Origin: Tricharina praecox
Lineage: Eukaryota
Reading direction: 5' to 3'
Assembly: GCF_024521635.1 (NCBI RefSeq)
Contig: NW_026250427.1
Span: forward strand, 372,001 to 436,000
DNA length: 64,000 nucleotides
The notes beneath the pieces were generated by a model, which did no database searches, was not told the origin of the DNA, and was given only the letters and a program-made list of their open reading frames with translations. The position numbers and the translations under genes are program-made. Each line of letters begins with the position of its first letter. Positions within the stretch are counted from its first letter, which is position 1. This document shows positions 13,159 through 25,247 of this stretch, piece after piece.

Positions 13159-14752
13159 ATGTCCGACCAACCACCATCCCTCGCTTCTCGTATGGGCCCC
13201 GTCCCCGGCGACAAGCCTGCTGCCGAAGTGCCCGCTCCCATTACCTCCTGGGCCGATGAAGCATCGGAAGCAGCAGAGCCCACTGCCCCCGCCGCCGCCG
13301 CTGCTCCCGCGGCCACCACAACAACAGAGGCTACCGCAGAAGACAAGACCGACCTGTTGGAGAGTCAATATGAAGTCGCCGTCAAGCTGGCCGGAATGCA
13401 GGGAGACCCCAACAGCCCTCTATTCTCGGTCAAGCGATTCGAGGACCTAGGACTGTAAGTCGCACCTTCGTTGTCCCCCCCCCCCATCGCTTCGTGCGCT
13501 GACGGTGATGATCTTTAGGTCGAAGCAACTGCTGGACGGAATATACTTTATGAACTTCAAGAAGCCGTCGAAGATCCAAGAGCGCGCGCTGCCGCTCCTA
13601 CTGAGCGACCCGCCGATGAACATGATCGGCCAGTCCCAGTCCGGCACCGGAAAGACCGCCGCCTTCGTTCTCACGATGCTCACGCGCGTCGACGCGACCC
13701 TGCCCACCGTCCAAGCGCTGTGTCTCGCGCCCTCACGCGAACTCGCCCGCCAGATTATGACCGTCGTCGAGACTATGGGACAGTTCACTGACGTCAAGGC
13801 GCAATTCGCGATTCCGAACGCGATCGCCCGCGGCCAGAAGATCGGCGCGCATATCGTTGTTGGAACGCCCGGGACGGTCAACAACATGATCCGGCAGAGA
13901 CAGCTGCCGGTCGAGAACTTGAGGGTGTTCGTCCTCGACGAGGCCGATAACATGTTGGATCAGCAGGGCCTCGGTGATCAGTGCATACGTGTCAAGCAGC
14001 AAGTTCCCCAATCCTGCCAGATCGTGCTCTTCTCTGCGACGTTTCCACAGGAGGTCGTTCAATACGCCAATGTGTTCGCGCCCAACGCGAACCAGATCAC
14101 GCTCAAGCAGGAGGAGCTCACGGTCGACGGGATCAAGCAGCTGTACATGGACTGCGAAAGCGAGGACGACAAGTACCGGATCCTGGTAGAGCTCTACCAC
14201 ATCCTGACGGTCGGCTCGTCGGTCGTCTTCGTCAAGCGCCGCGAGGCCGCCGCCGAGATCCAGCGGCGCATGGAGGCCGACGGCCACAAAGTTGTCGCGC
14301 TCCACGGCAACCTCGACACGGTCGAGCGCGACCGCATCATGGACGACTTTGCGAGCGGCCGCGCAAAGGTGTTGATCACCACCAACGTCCTCGCGAGAGG
14401 TATCGACGTGGCGACCGTCTCCATGGTCATCAACTACGATATCCCGCTCGATGGGAATGGCCGGCCAGACCCCCAGACTTACCTCCACCGCATTGGCCGC
14501 ACGGGTAGATTCGGACGTGTCGGCGTCAGCATCAGCTTCGTTCACGATAAGAAGAGCTGGCAGGAGCTCAATGAGATACAGAAGCATTTTGGTGTGCAGA
14601 TGACGAGGGTCCCGACCCATGATGTTGACGTAGGTTCCACCCTTTCATCCATGCGACTACGTAGCAGATGCTGACGATACGACGAACAGGAGGTCGAGAG
14701 GATCATGAAGGAAGTGCTCAAGTCGAAGACTGCGGGTGTAGCCAAGAAGTAG
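13159..14752 (+). CDS. DBP5: ATP-dependent DEAD-box RNA helicase Dbp5 (mRNA export); introns ~13455-13519, 14630-14689
   Basis: [83 protein letters not shown]. Confidence 0.96.
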
Positions 14753-16051
14753 CTTGCTTGCTTGCTTATGCAGAGTGCGGGATGTACTGTTGTGTTGTTT
14801 TTCTTTTTCTTTTTCTGCAATTTATAATGGATGATTTGGTACGAGTATGACGATCTTGGGGCGATGTCCGAGGCGATGTTCGAAGCGATGTTCGAGTTGG
14901 CTGGAAAAATTGGGGATTTTCTGTGTTGTGTTGTTTCTACATCAGTGATCCGGGGGCGGTGGGTCACGTTTGTGAATACCTGCTTGAATAGAAGGGAGTG
15001 GAGTGGATTGTGGACTCGGGAGGGCTTGCTGGTAGAGTAGAGTCTTGGATGCTCCGCGGGGCGATTCTACACAATTGTGTGTGAGATGTTGTCGCGTACG
15101 GTCTTACTGTTGGACGTCAGGGCAATTGTGGTTCTTTTGTTTGATTGCATGCAATCTGTAGCTAGATCATGGCAATATTTGGACAATTGTGGTGGTAGTT
15201 AGACACCAGTTGAATTGAATGAAACAGCTCTCGCGAGTGCGAGTTTGTGAATCACTCTATTTGTCTCCCAACTCTCATAGCCAATGGCGATTTTACAAGT
15301 TTAAGATGGCGTAGTATGACGCATAGGTACACTCCACACTGTTCTTCCATCACTGCCGTCACTGTGCGTTGAATCCGACCAATGCTGTTTCTCAGACCTC
15401 GATACCGATACCTATGATGGCTATGACCATCGTCGACGGGATACTCTTCCCGCCTATCATGAAATATTTTGTTTGTTTTCTCCACTGGGACTTCGAGGTT
15501 CGAATGTCCTGGTTCCCTCGTTCATCTTGACGGCGCCGGCGGGCCGCGGCCGACCAATGCATGCTAACCAACTATTAATAGGGGCCAATAGTTAGCAAGT
15601 GAGATGTTCTAAGCGTTGCTCCTGACAACCCGCAGCACCTTCCGATGCGACACAAACGTTAGTTAACGATACGCGCGCAGACGTAGTTGGACGAATCTGA
15701 CTTGACGATCCGCAAGCTTTCAAACAAAAACAAATACAACAACACGCTTCCCCCGCTCTCCTTTCTTTCTTTCTTTATGTATGCCGCCGTGGACGTCGAT
15801 ACGTGAAAGTCCGACCAACACTGCGCGCGCCAAACATCGACCGACCGAGAACGATCGCTCCCGCGCCCTTGTACAGTACATAAACGAACCGATACCGCTC
15901 TTGGCATAGAATAGATATTACTCCTTAACGAACGACGAACGGACTGCAGCCATCGTTGCACGCCTCTCCTCGCAGTCGCAGCATCGCCCTCTCCCTCCCA
16001 CCCCCTGACAACACCTCCGCCCCTCGACCCCCCGCAGCCGCAGTCGCAGCG

Positions 16052-17250
16052 ATGTCCTTCGGCAGCTTCCAGTCCATGTGCGAAACGGTGCCGATACCGC
16101 TGTGCGCGTTAGTCGGACCGTACGACGGCTCAGCCGACCGGCCAGGAATCGAGGCGCGGTGCTTCTCGCGCACGATTGAGGCCGCAAATACCATCATATT
16201 TCAGGCCGCAAGCGACTTTGTTCACATCGGCGCTCTCATCATGTGCCTCATCATGGTGTTTCATGTCAGGTCGAAGTTTACGGCTGTTGGTATGTTTGAT
16301 TTTGTTTTGGAACGGGGAGGGGGGAGGGGGAGAGGGAGGGGGAGAGGGAGGGGGAAGGGGAGCTGGGAATGTAGGAACTGAAAAGGGAACTGATGGCTGA
16401 TGGCGCGCGCACACAGGTCGTAAGGAAATCACGTCGTTCTTCTACCTCTTCATGCTACTCACCATCTTCTCGCTGTGCCTGGACTCCGGCGTGATCCCGA
16501 TCGGCTCCAAAACATATGCGTACTTCGTCGCGGCGCAGGCGGGACTGACCTCTGCGACGTGCACCTGTCTCCTGATCAACGGCTTCATTGGCTTCCAGGT
16601 GTACGAGGACGGCACGACGCTCTCCGTCTGGCTGATGCGCATCTGCTCGCTGGTGATGTTCATGCTCACCGGCGCCATCGCCGTCTGCACCTTCAACGGC
16701 TACGGAGGCCTCGACCCGACAAAGACCACCGCGCTGTTCGTGCTCATGTACGTCGTCAACGCGCTGTTCTTGTTCATCTACGTGTGCTGCCAGATCATGC
16801 TGGTGCTCGGCACCCTCGAGGATCGCTGGCCGCTGGGTGATATCGCTTTTGGCGTGTTTTTCTTCGCCGTGGGACAGGTCTTGCTCTACGCTTTCTCCGA
16901 CAAGATCTGTGAGGAGGTGAACCACTACCTGGATGGAATGTTCTTTTCGTCTATCTGCAATCTGTTGGCTGTGATGATGGTGTACAAGGTAATTCCCCCC
17001 TCCCCCTCCCGCTTCCCCCCGCCTGTTCCTTCGCTGACCCGCGCAGTACTGGGACTCCATCACCAAGGAAGACCTCGAATTCAGCGTCGGCACGAAGACC
17101 AACATCTGGGAAGTGAAGGAGCCACTGCTCGACGACAGCGACCGCCGAGCAACGATCTACGACCAGGGCCCGCAGAGCGACTACGGAGGTTCATACATGG
17201 GCGGCGGCGGCAACCGCCACAGCCAGGGCTTCTACACCGACCGGTACTAA
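16052..17250 (+). CDS. CHS7: Chitin synthase export chaperone Chs7; introns ~16290-16416, 16989-17046
   Basis: [10 protein letters not shown]...IPLCALVG...[15 protein letters not shown]...[14 protein letters not shown]...[14 protein letters not shown]...[25 protein letters not shown]; multiple hydrophobic helices. Confidence 0.95.
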
Positions 17251-17833
17251 TACCTCTCACGCTCTTACTCGGTTGGTTTTGTGTCTTCAGTTTTTGTGTC
17301 TTCAGTTTTTGTGTCTTCAGTTTTATAGCGTTTTCAGATACCTCATGTAGCGATTGTGTCTGGAGTTGGAATGAATGGGGGGGAGGGGGGGGTTCTCTTC
17401 TTTTGTGATTCTTTTGTCTGTAGTTTACAAGCCATCCTTTTGTTGCTCTCTCTCTGCGTTCCATGCGATGCAATGCGTTTCCCTTTTTTTTCCATTACTT
17501 AGGTTCAGTGTCAGTATGGTATTTTCTTTCTTTCTGCTTCGATACCCGGGGGAGACAGGAGAGGACTTAAGAGAGGGGGACGGGCCATCTGGGGGGTTTA
17601 ATTGGATATCTAGATGTTAAGAGGAATCACTCGCGAGTCACGAGTCGCGTCCATGAATCTGGAGCATCTAATCTAATCTTATCTCCCACGCTTCCCTGCC
17701 ATTGTTACTACGACAGCCACGAGCCTGAGCCTCAACCTCACGTTCCCCAGCTCACACGCACCTTCCACCCCACCACGCACCCCACCACGCACCACCACCC
17801 CACCACACACACACGAAAACAGCAGCAGAAGCA

Positions 17834-18356
17834 ATGGCCGAACCCACCACCGCCGCGATCTCCGAGCCGCTCGACCTGGTCCGCCTCTCGCTCGACGAGC
17901 AGGTATTCGTCAAGCTGCGCGGCGACCGCGAGCTTCGCGGGAGACTCCACGTTCGCCCTCCTTGCCTCCCTCCCCCTCCCCCGATGATGATGGCGGTGGT
18001 GCTGACAGCGAACCAAAATCAAGGCGTACGACTCGCATTGCAACCTGGTCCTGGCCGATGTCGAGGAGACCGTGTATATCGTCAACGACGACGAGGAGGA
18101 TGAGGAGGGGTTTCAGGTAGCTTTCCCTTGCGGGTGGGGATGGGCTGGAGGTGGGGGCTGATAATGGGGATAGACGATAAAGAAAAGCTCTGAGATGCTG
18201 TTTGTGCGCGGTAAGCTCCCTCAATCGCGAGATGGGCTGTGAGATGGGCCAGGTGCTGGTGCGGTGCTGGTGCTCGTGCACGAAGCTATGCTAATGCGGT
18301 GGTGGCGGAACATAGGTGACTCCGTCGTGCTCATTTCGCCGCAGGCGCAGTCGTAG
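17834..18356 (+). CDS. LSM3: U6 snRNA-associated Sm-like protein Lsm3 (4 exons)
   Basis: Spliced product [47 protein letters not shown]...[25 protein letters not shown]. Confidence 0.93.
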
Positions 18357-19552
18357 CGCTCTCTCTCAAGACCAGTGGGACCGAAGGAATGGAGGCGGAG
18401 GGAAGGATGCGGAGGAGGAGGAGGAGGGCACACATCAAGTTTATTTCACGTCTGTAAGCCTGTCAAGACTACGAGTACGGTGAACGCCGGCAACAACAAA
18501 CAACACCAATACATATACCCATATCCGTCCGCGCGTCTAGGCGGAGGGAGGGAGTGTGTGGGAGGGGGAGGGGGAGGAGGGCAGACGCGGTTTCCCCAAG
18601 CAGTCGTCAACAGGCATAAAAGCTTAAATCTGTTTCATAGAGGCGTGTAGCCTTTACCAATGGGGGACCACTGGGGGGCTGCTGTTAGTATTCCTCATGG
18701 TGTGATCAAAATCAATGAGCAGATCCTATTCAAGGACTCCCCCACCCTCACCTCTGTTATTGTCCATGTAGTCTAAAGCTCCAAGCATTGTCCGCAGCCG
18801 GTGGGTTGCCGATGCCAATTCCGTGCACGCCTCGAACCAGGTCATTTGCGCAATCTCAATCGCGGAACTCACTCATTCTGATTGCCAATGTTGATATGTT
18901 CAAATACGTATGATACAAGCTTTATGTACGCAGAGAGATTAAACATGGAAGTCGTTGGTATCTCTAGGTACATCGCAAGCCGTTATTCTACTGCTGAGGC
19001 ACCACAGTATCGCGGCACAATGCATGCCTCACTCCTCCCTCCCTCCTCCATCCCGTGAACTTCTAGTGACCAGTCAGTCAGTAGTGAAGTTCTTTCCGTC
19101 TAGGAACTCGATCACGCCCTCGTTCCTCGTTCGTTGTTCGTCGTTCGTCGTCAGTTGGTCGAAAACAGGTTCAAACTTCACCACCTCGTCCTTCCAGTCC
19201 TTGATACCAGCCGAGGGACGAGTCGGCGGTGGGGATGTTGTAGGTAGAGCTCCGCTAGGATTACTACCTATGGCTACTATATCGCTCTCCATGTACTCTG
19301 CCAGTGGGCCCACTTCGATCGCGGAGCCACTACGGTAATTGTAGTTGCCAATGTTGATGTGAAAGCCAGAACGCCAGCACCAATTTCTGGGCTTGGGTGT
19401 AGGAAGGAGTCAGAGTTAGGCTTGCCGGGATGTAGTGTTAAGATGACGATAGCACCGGAGGACGTAGGTACTCGTAGTAGAGGAGTACGTGCTGTGTAGT
19501 CGAACTATGAATACAGGATATGGACTTCCCGGTTCTGCAGCACTCGCTGTGT

Positions 19553-20166
19553 ACGGAGGCAAGTCTTCTGGTCTGACCGACCATTACCACCGAGCGGGAT
19601 ATCGTAGTTGCAGACCATCGAGACGGCAGCGACGGTAGTTGCGACGTCGGTACCTCTCGCGAGGACGTTAGGTTGTTGGTAGTGATCAGCCCCTCCTCCC
19701 TTTGCGCGTCCGCTCGCAAAGCAAAGGTAAAGTCGTCCATGATGCGGTCTCGCTCGACCGTGTTTGTGCGTCGAGGTTGCCATGGAGCGCGGCAACGGCC
19801 TCCATGAGACGCAAGTTATTGACGCTGGAGCTCGGCCCTTGAGGAAGACGACGGACGGACGAGTCGGCAGTGGGGATGTTGTACTTAGGTAGAGCTCCAC
19901 CCTGATCCGGTACTCATCATCGTCGCTTTCACAATCTGTGTATATACCTAGGTAGAGCTGCTTGATCCCATCGACTGTGATATCCTCGTGCTTGAGCGTG
20001 CGTGATCTGGTTCGCGCTGGGTGCGAACACATCGGATTGGCGTATTGATAGGCTGCCTGCCTGCGGAAACGGCGCTGATAAGAGCGCAATCTGGCAGGAT
20101 TGGGAAACTTGGGGAACTTGTTGCTTGATACGGATGTACTGAGCGCCGAGACACTGGCGATCCAGC
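19553..20166 (-). pseudogene. Decayed inverted partial copy of DBP5 (parent segment ~13955-14490)
   Basis: Minus strand reads [102 protein letters not shown] in shifting frames, colinear with DBP5 and carrying many frameshifts. Confidence 0.9.
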
Positions 20167-21081
20167 GGATAGGTAGGTACATAGCTGGCTTGGAGCGACC
20201 GCCGGCATGATTGTGAGCCGTAGAAACATAGGTTCATGGAGCCACCGGCCCACCGCAGCACCAGGGCTACGCAGGTTTTCGTGAAGGGGTAGGTCGTGTC
20301 ATAGAGCTGGATGACCATACCCACTGAAGGAATACGGGATAAAAGAATCGATCGGCGGAGCATCACTGGGTATGTGGGCAGATAACAAACCGGCATCCTT
20401 CATCCAGACCTGGAAGTCCGACGGACTTCGTGGCATAGCAAGTCGGCGTCTTGGTAGAGTCGTCTTTCAAAATACCCGGCGCATCGATAGCTGGGTCATC
20501 TTTGAGTTGTGGTTCTATCCATCGAGAATCCAATTCCATCCTTCGTGATAGGTATCTACACTCTGGCGGTGGCTACATCCACACCCTTTTGTGGTGGTTG
20601 ATACTCTGCAAGTCAGGGATGTATACTTCGCCTGAAGGAAGCTGATCGAGCGTGATTGTGGCTTTGTTGAGCTCCTCTATGTGCTGGAAAGCATCGGTGA
20701 GGACGAGCTGATGAGGGCGTTCTCGGTAGGGGAGGGGAAGATGGTTGGGAGACGAGGGATACAGGGGATGTAGAACAGGATTGTGAGATCGAAGTTGGGA
20801 TTGCCTTTTGGCATTGTACTCCAAATGAAGTGGCAAGAGTAGGCGGGAGTAGCCTTGGTGAGCTGTGATGTGTAGAGAAGGAGACGAGGACGGGCTGAAA
20901 GAAGGGTTTTATATGGTGGGTGAGGTTTGCAACGGAATGATCTAGATGTTACCACTATCACTCGGCACTTGGTGCTAGTGGGCCGAGGAAATGGATTATT
21001 GTCGGTCAGGGGTCCTGCTCAAGAATCCATTCATCCAGGCCAAACCCCAAACGACGCCGGTAGGTTCGAGCAAACCAGTCA

Positions 21082-21794
21082 TCACAGAACACCCGCCCTC
21101 CTCATGACCCCCTCGAACTCGTCACTGCCCACCACTACTATTAGCCTCGCCTCCCCCACCCCCCCTTGGAGAAGGAGAACTCACATAGTAACCCCTCTCC
21201 CGCTCTCCCCCTTCGTAGCTTCAGCGATCATATCCCTCAACTGCTGCTCACTGACCTCCTCCTTCAGTTCGGCAGCTATGCGCTTCAGATCATGCATCGT
21301 AATCCTGTTCCCCGTAGTAAACAGTCTGAATGCCTCATCCACCTCCTCACTATCGTCGTGCGAGGATGTGGAGCGAAGCTTTAGTGCCGCAACTTCTAGA
21401 AACTGCTCGTACGCCACTGTGCCCTCGTCCTCGTCGACGATGGCCTCCAGGATCTCGGAGAGCTCTGTGGCGGAGGGTTCGAGGCCCAGTGCTCTGTATT
21501 CCTCGCACCGTTACCAATAGTGTCCCCAGTGAAGTAGAGTATGCGGTAGTTACATCAGAGCATTCCGAACATCGGAGCTATTCATCGCGTCGCCGGTCGA
21601 GAAGAGGGACCATGCCTCGGACACCTCGCGCTCTTCGGCGGCGCTGAGGGAGAGCGATTTTGCGAGCGCTGAGGGCTTGCCGGCACTTTTGTTCTGCGCT
21701 TGGACTTTTTGTTTCGAGGGGGCGGCGCGCTTCTTGGGAGGCTGATGGGTGTTAGCTAACTACGCAACGGTGCCGGAGAGGTTGAGTGCACCAT
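21082..21794 (-). CDS. Centrin/calmodulin-like EF-hand superfamily protein (4 coding exons; the first is ATG only)
   Basis: Spliced product MPPKKRAAP...EEREVSEAWSLF...VRNALIALGLEPSATELSEILE...GTVAYEQFLEVAA...EEVDEAFRLF...ITMHDLKRIAAELKEEVSEQQLRDMIAEA...GVTIDEFEGVMRRAGVL*, a centrin-like layout. Confidence 0.8.
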
Positions 21795-22385
21795 TTTACT
21801 GGCGCTGGTGAAGTCGTGTGTCTAGGTGGATGTGAATGGTCGCGGAAGACGTGAAGCTCAGCTATGGCGACTCAAGCGTCATAGGCAAGGATCGTGCTGC
21901 GGCCCGCATGCGAGACTAGGCTCGCTTCGATCGGTGGATAAGACTTGGTGATGTCGCTGCGAAGGGATCAATCGTGACTCGCGAGCAGTGATTGTTATTC
22001 AAGCCAACAGTTGGAAAGGTTCCAACCTGGCGGTGGTTATTGATTCCGGGTGTGGGGAGTTCCCTCGATGGCACTGGCAACTACATCGATACCGTTCGAC
22101 CTTGGAGCGTCATCTGCGATGAATTATACACTTCCGCAGCCTCACGTTTCGACTCGAGATGTAACTTTACAACGACAATCTAGGTTGCTGTAGCCCTGAG
22201 CCGCGGGGAATGTTGCGCGCGGCTTCACCTTTGCTTCCCGTCGTTCTTCGTGTGTTCTTTGAGTCACACCATGCGTCGCCCCTGCCCCGCGCCAAGCCCT
22301 GCCCCTCCATATCGTGTGGTCATTCGATTTCTGACTCCAACATCCGCCGAAGACGAAGACGAAGCCAATTCATTCCGCACCGATC

Positions 22386-24216
22386 ATGTCGACCTCCGAG
22401 CCCCCCACCGAGCAGACCGCCGCTCTTAGCGTCGAGGATACACCAGCTGAGGACGTTCCTCTGGGGTGAGCACGATGATGTCCACATCTTGAGTTCGGTG
22501 TTCCTGACAGCCAGAACAGTCCCGACGGAAAGCCCCTCACCAAGTCGGCTATCAAGAAACTGCAGAAGGAGAAAGAGAAGGCCGAGAAGGCCGCCGCCCG
22601 CAAGGCCAAGGAGGACGCTGAGAAGGCCGCCCGTGACGCAGCGAACGTCGACCATGCCACCGAGTTCTACGGAAAGCAGCCGCTCAACAACTCCGCGACC
22701 CGTCCCGGCCACACCTATGCTCAGTTGTCGGCGCTGAGCGCGGCGAATGACGGGGAGGAGGTGATCCTGCGTGCGAGGGTTCAGAACTCGAGAGCCCAGG
22801 GCGCAAAGATGGTGTTCTTGGTGCTCCGACAGAGTTTCGAGACTATCCAGGCGCTGCTCCAGGTCGCCGGCGATGGAAGTGTCAGCAAGCAGATGGTCAA
22901 ATGGGCGGCGGGCATCAACAATGAGTCCATCGTGATGGTCCACGGAACCGTCAAGAAGGTCGACGAGGAGATCAAGTCGGCGAGTGTCTCCGATGCCGAG
23001 ATCCACATCACCAAGATCTACATTGTCTCCGAGGCGCCTGCACAGCCCGCAATTCTGTTCGAGGACGCCAGTCGCTCTGAGGCGAAAGCCAAGGAGCTTG
23101 GGCTTCCCGAGGTGGCTCTGTCGACGAGATTGGACAACCGTGTTATCGACCTGAGGATTCTGTCGAATCAGGCGATCTTCAGATTGTCGTCAGGTGTGGG
23201 TCAGCTGTTCCGCGATTATCTCTTCAAGCTAGGATTCGTCGAGTTCCACACGCCGAAGTTGATTGCTGCCGCCAGTGAAGGAGGTGCGAACGTCTTCAAG
23301 GTCACATACTTCAACAAGGATGCCTTCCTGGCACAGAGCCCTCAGCTGTACAAGCAGATGCTCGTTGTTGGTGGCTTCGAGCGTGTCATGGAAATTGGAC
23401 CTGTGTTCCGTGCTGAGAACTCGCAGACTCACCGTCACATGACCGAGGTATTGCCGTCGCTCTGCCCCAGTGTAACTGCAGTCTGACATCGCTAGTTCAC
23501 CGGTCTCGATATGGAAATGGCCTTCAACGAGCACTACCACGAAGTGATGGAAGTCCTGGCGGACATGCTGGTCAACGTCTTCAAGGGCCTGCGCCAGAAC
23601 TTTGCGAAGGAGATTTCCATCGTCCGCGATCAGTACCCGATCGAAGAATTTAAGTTCCCTGAGTCCGGCAAGGACGTATTAGTCCTCACCTTCAAGCAGG
23701 GAGTAGCAATGCTTCACGAGGCTGGCCACAATGATGTCTCCAACCTGGAGGATCTCTCTACCGAAATGGAGCGTACCCTCGGACGCCTTGTCAGAGCGAA
23801 GTACGATACTGATTTCTACGTTCTCGACAAATTCCCATCTGCAGCGAGACCATTCTACACCATGCCCGACCCCGCTGACAACCTATACTCAAACTCTTAC
23901 GGTACCAACCACTCACGTCTTCCCTCATCCCGCTCCTTAGCTAACGTATTTAGACTTCTTCATGCGTGGCGAAGAGATCCTCTCCGGCGCTCAGCGTGTG
24001 CACGACGCCGAGTTCCTCGCCGAGCGAATGAAGGTCTTCGGCGTCGACCCCGACTCTCCCGGTCTGGAGGACTACGTTCAGTCCTTCCGCAACGGAGCAC
24101 CGCCTCACGCCGGAGGAGGTATCGGTCTTGAGCGTGTCGTTTTCTTGTTCCTCGGTCTTGGAAACATCAGGCGTGCGAGTGCTTTCCCGCGTGATCCGGT
24201 TAGGCTGAGGCCGTAG
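22386..24216 (+). CDS. DPS1: Cytosolic aspartyl-tRNA synthetase; introns ~22466-22519, 23448-23494, 23902-23953
   Basis: [106 protein letters not shown]. Confidence 0.97.
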
Positions 24217-24599
24217 ATGGGGTGTAATAGACTGGGAGAATGTTGGGGAGACTTGTTGTAGCTATGAATAAGATCGCACCACCAGCAGTGACAAACACTA
24301 CGAGTCTGCGAGGACTGCGCCGCACGGGTATCCACCTGCGACGAATTAGACGACTCCAGCGATTCTTGCCTGCCAGCTGCGTTTGCAGTGGCTGGCATGC
24401 ATCGTCCCGGGACATGCCTTACTGCTGCAGTGCTGCTCCCGGTGACTGTACATAAACCCCATTCACCCCCCACATTCACTCCCATTAATCACACACAGCA
24501 TCCAGCCATCCAGCCATCCAGCCATCCTCCAGGGCACCCATTAGCTAGACGCACACCCCATCATCATCATCAATACACAAGTAAAGTAAAAGCCCGAAA

Positions 24600-25238
24600 A
24601 TGGAATTCCTAGTCCAAGTCTACCCGCTCGACCAGCCCGCCTACCCACCCGCCTACCAGCCCGCCTACCAGCCCGCCTACCCACCGACCATTTACCTGCC
24701 CGCACCCCCACCTCCACCACCACCACCCCCTACCCGCACGCGCCCCAAACGCCACCACAAACCCCAGCATATCCTCTTCTGCCCATTCGACGTCGACGAC
24801 CATAACAGCTGCGCATGCGACTGCGGCTGCGGCCGCTACCGCGACGAGTGTAAGCCTCCGCACCGAAAGCGGGGCAGGGACAGGGAAAGGGGCAGAAGCA
24901 AGGAGCGCGGGATGTCAGGGGGTTATCAATGGATCGTCGGCGGCGGATGGGGCGGGTGGGGCGGGAGAGGTGGCGACGAAGGAAGAGGTGCGGACAGGCC
25001 GCAGACAATCATGGGCTACTCGGACGAACCCTACGGTCCCTACGTGGATCGCGGCCACCGGGGGGAGCTTGAGGGGTTACGCAGGGAGACGGAGGCGTTG
25101 CGCGGGCAGATATATACCCTCACGGGTGGGCCGCAGGATCACGGGTGGGACAGGAATAGAGATAGGGACAGAGATAGAGACAGGGACAGGGACAGAGGCA
25201 GGGACAGAGGCACAGTGTACCGTCGTATTGAGCTATAA
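24600..25238 (+). CDS. Hypothetical low-complexity protein (212 aa; PAY[PQ] repeats, poly-Pro, Cys cluster, RD repeat)
   Basis: ATG in AAAATGG context, intact ORF, TATA-like TACATAAA ~150 bp upstream. No recognisable domain. Confidence 0.5.
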   Translation: MEFLVQVYPLDQPAYPPAYQPAYQPAYPPTIYLPAPPPPPPPPPTRTRPKRHHKPQHILFCPFDVDDHNSCACDCGCGRYRDECKPPHRKRGRDRERGRSKERGMSGGYQWIVGGGWGGWGGRGGDEGRGADRPQTIMGYSDEPYGPYVDRGHRGELEGLRRETEALRGQIYTLTGGPQDHGWDRNRDRDRDRDRDRDRGRDRGTVYRRIEL

Positions 25239-25247
25239 CATATTCAA

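Noticed and set aside
13733..14620. 295-aa minus-strand ORF (and similar ORFs opposite GH81, CHS7, DPS1, NDE1, AzgA)
   Set aside because: Antisense shadows of GC3-rich real genes.
15487..15520. GGTTCGAAT B-box/T-loop-like motif
   Set aside because: No cloverleaf or A-box, so it is not a tRNA.
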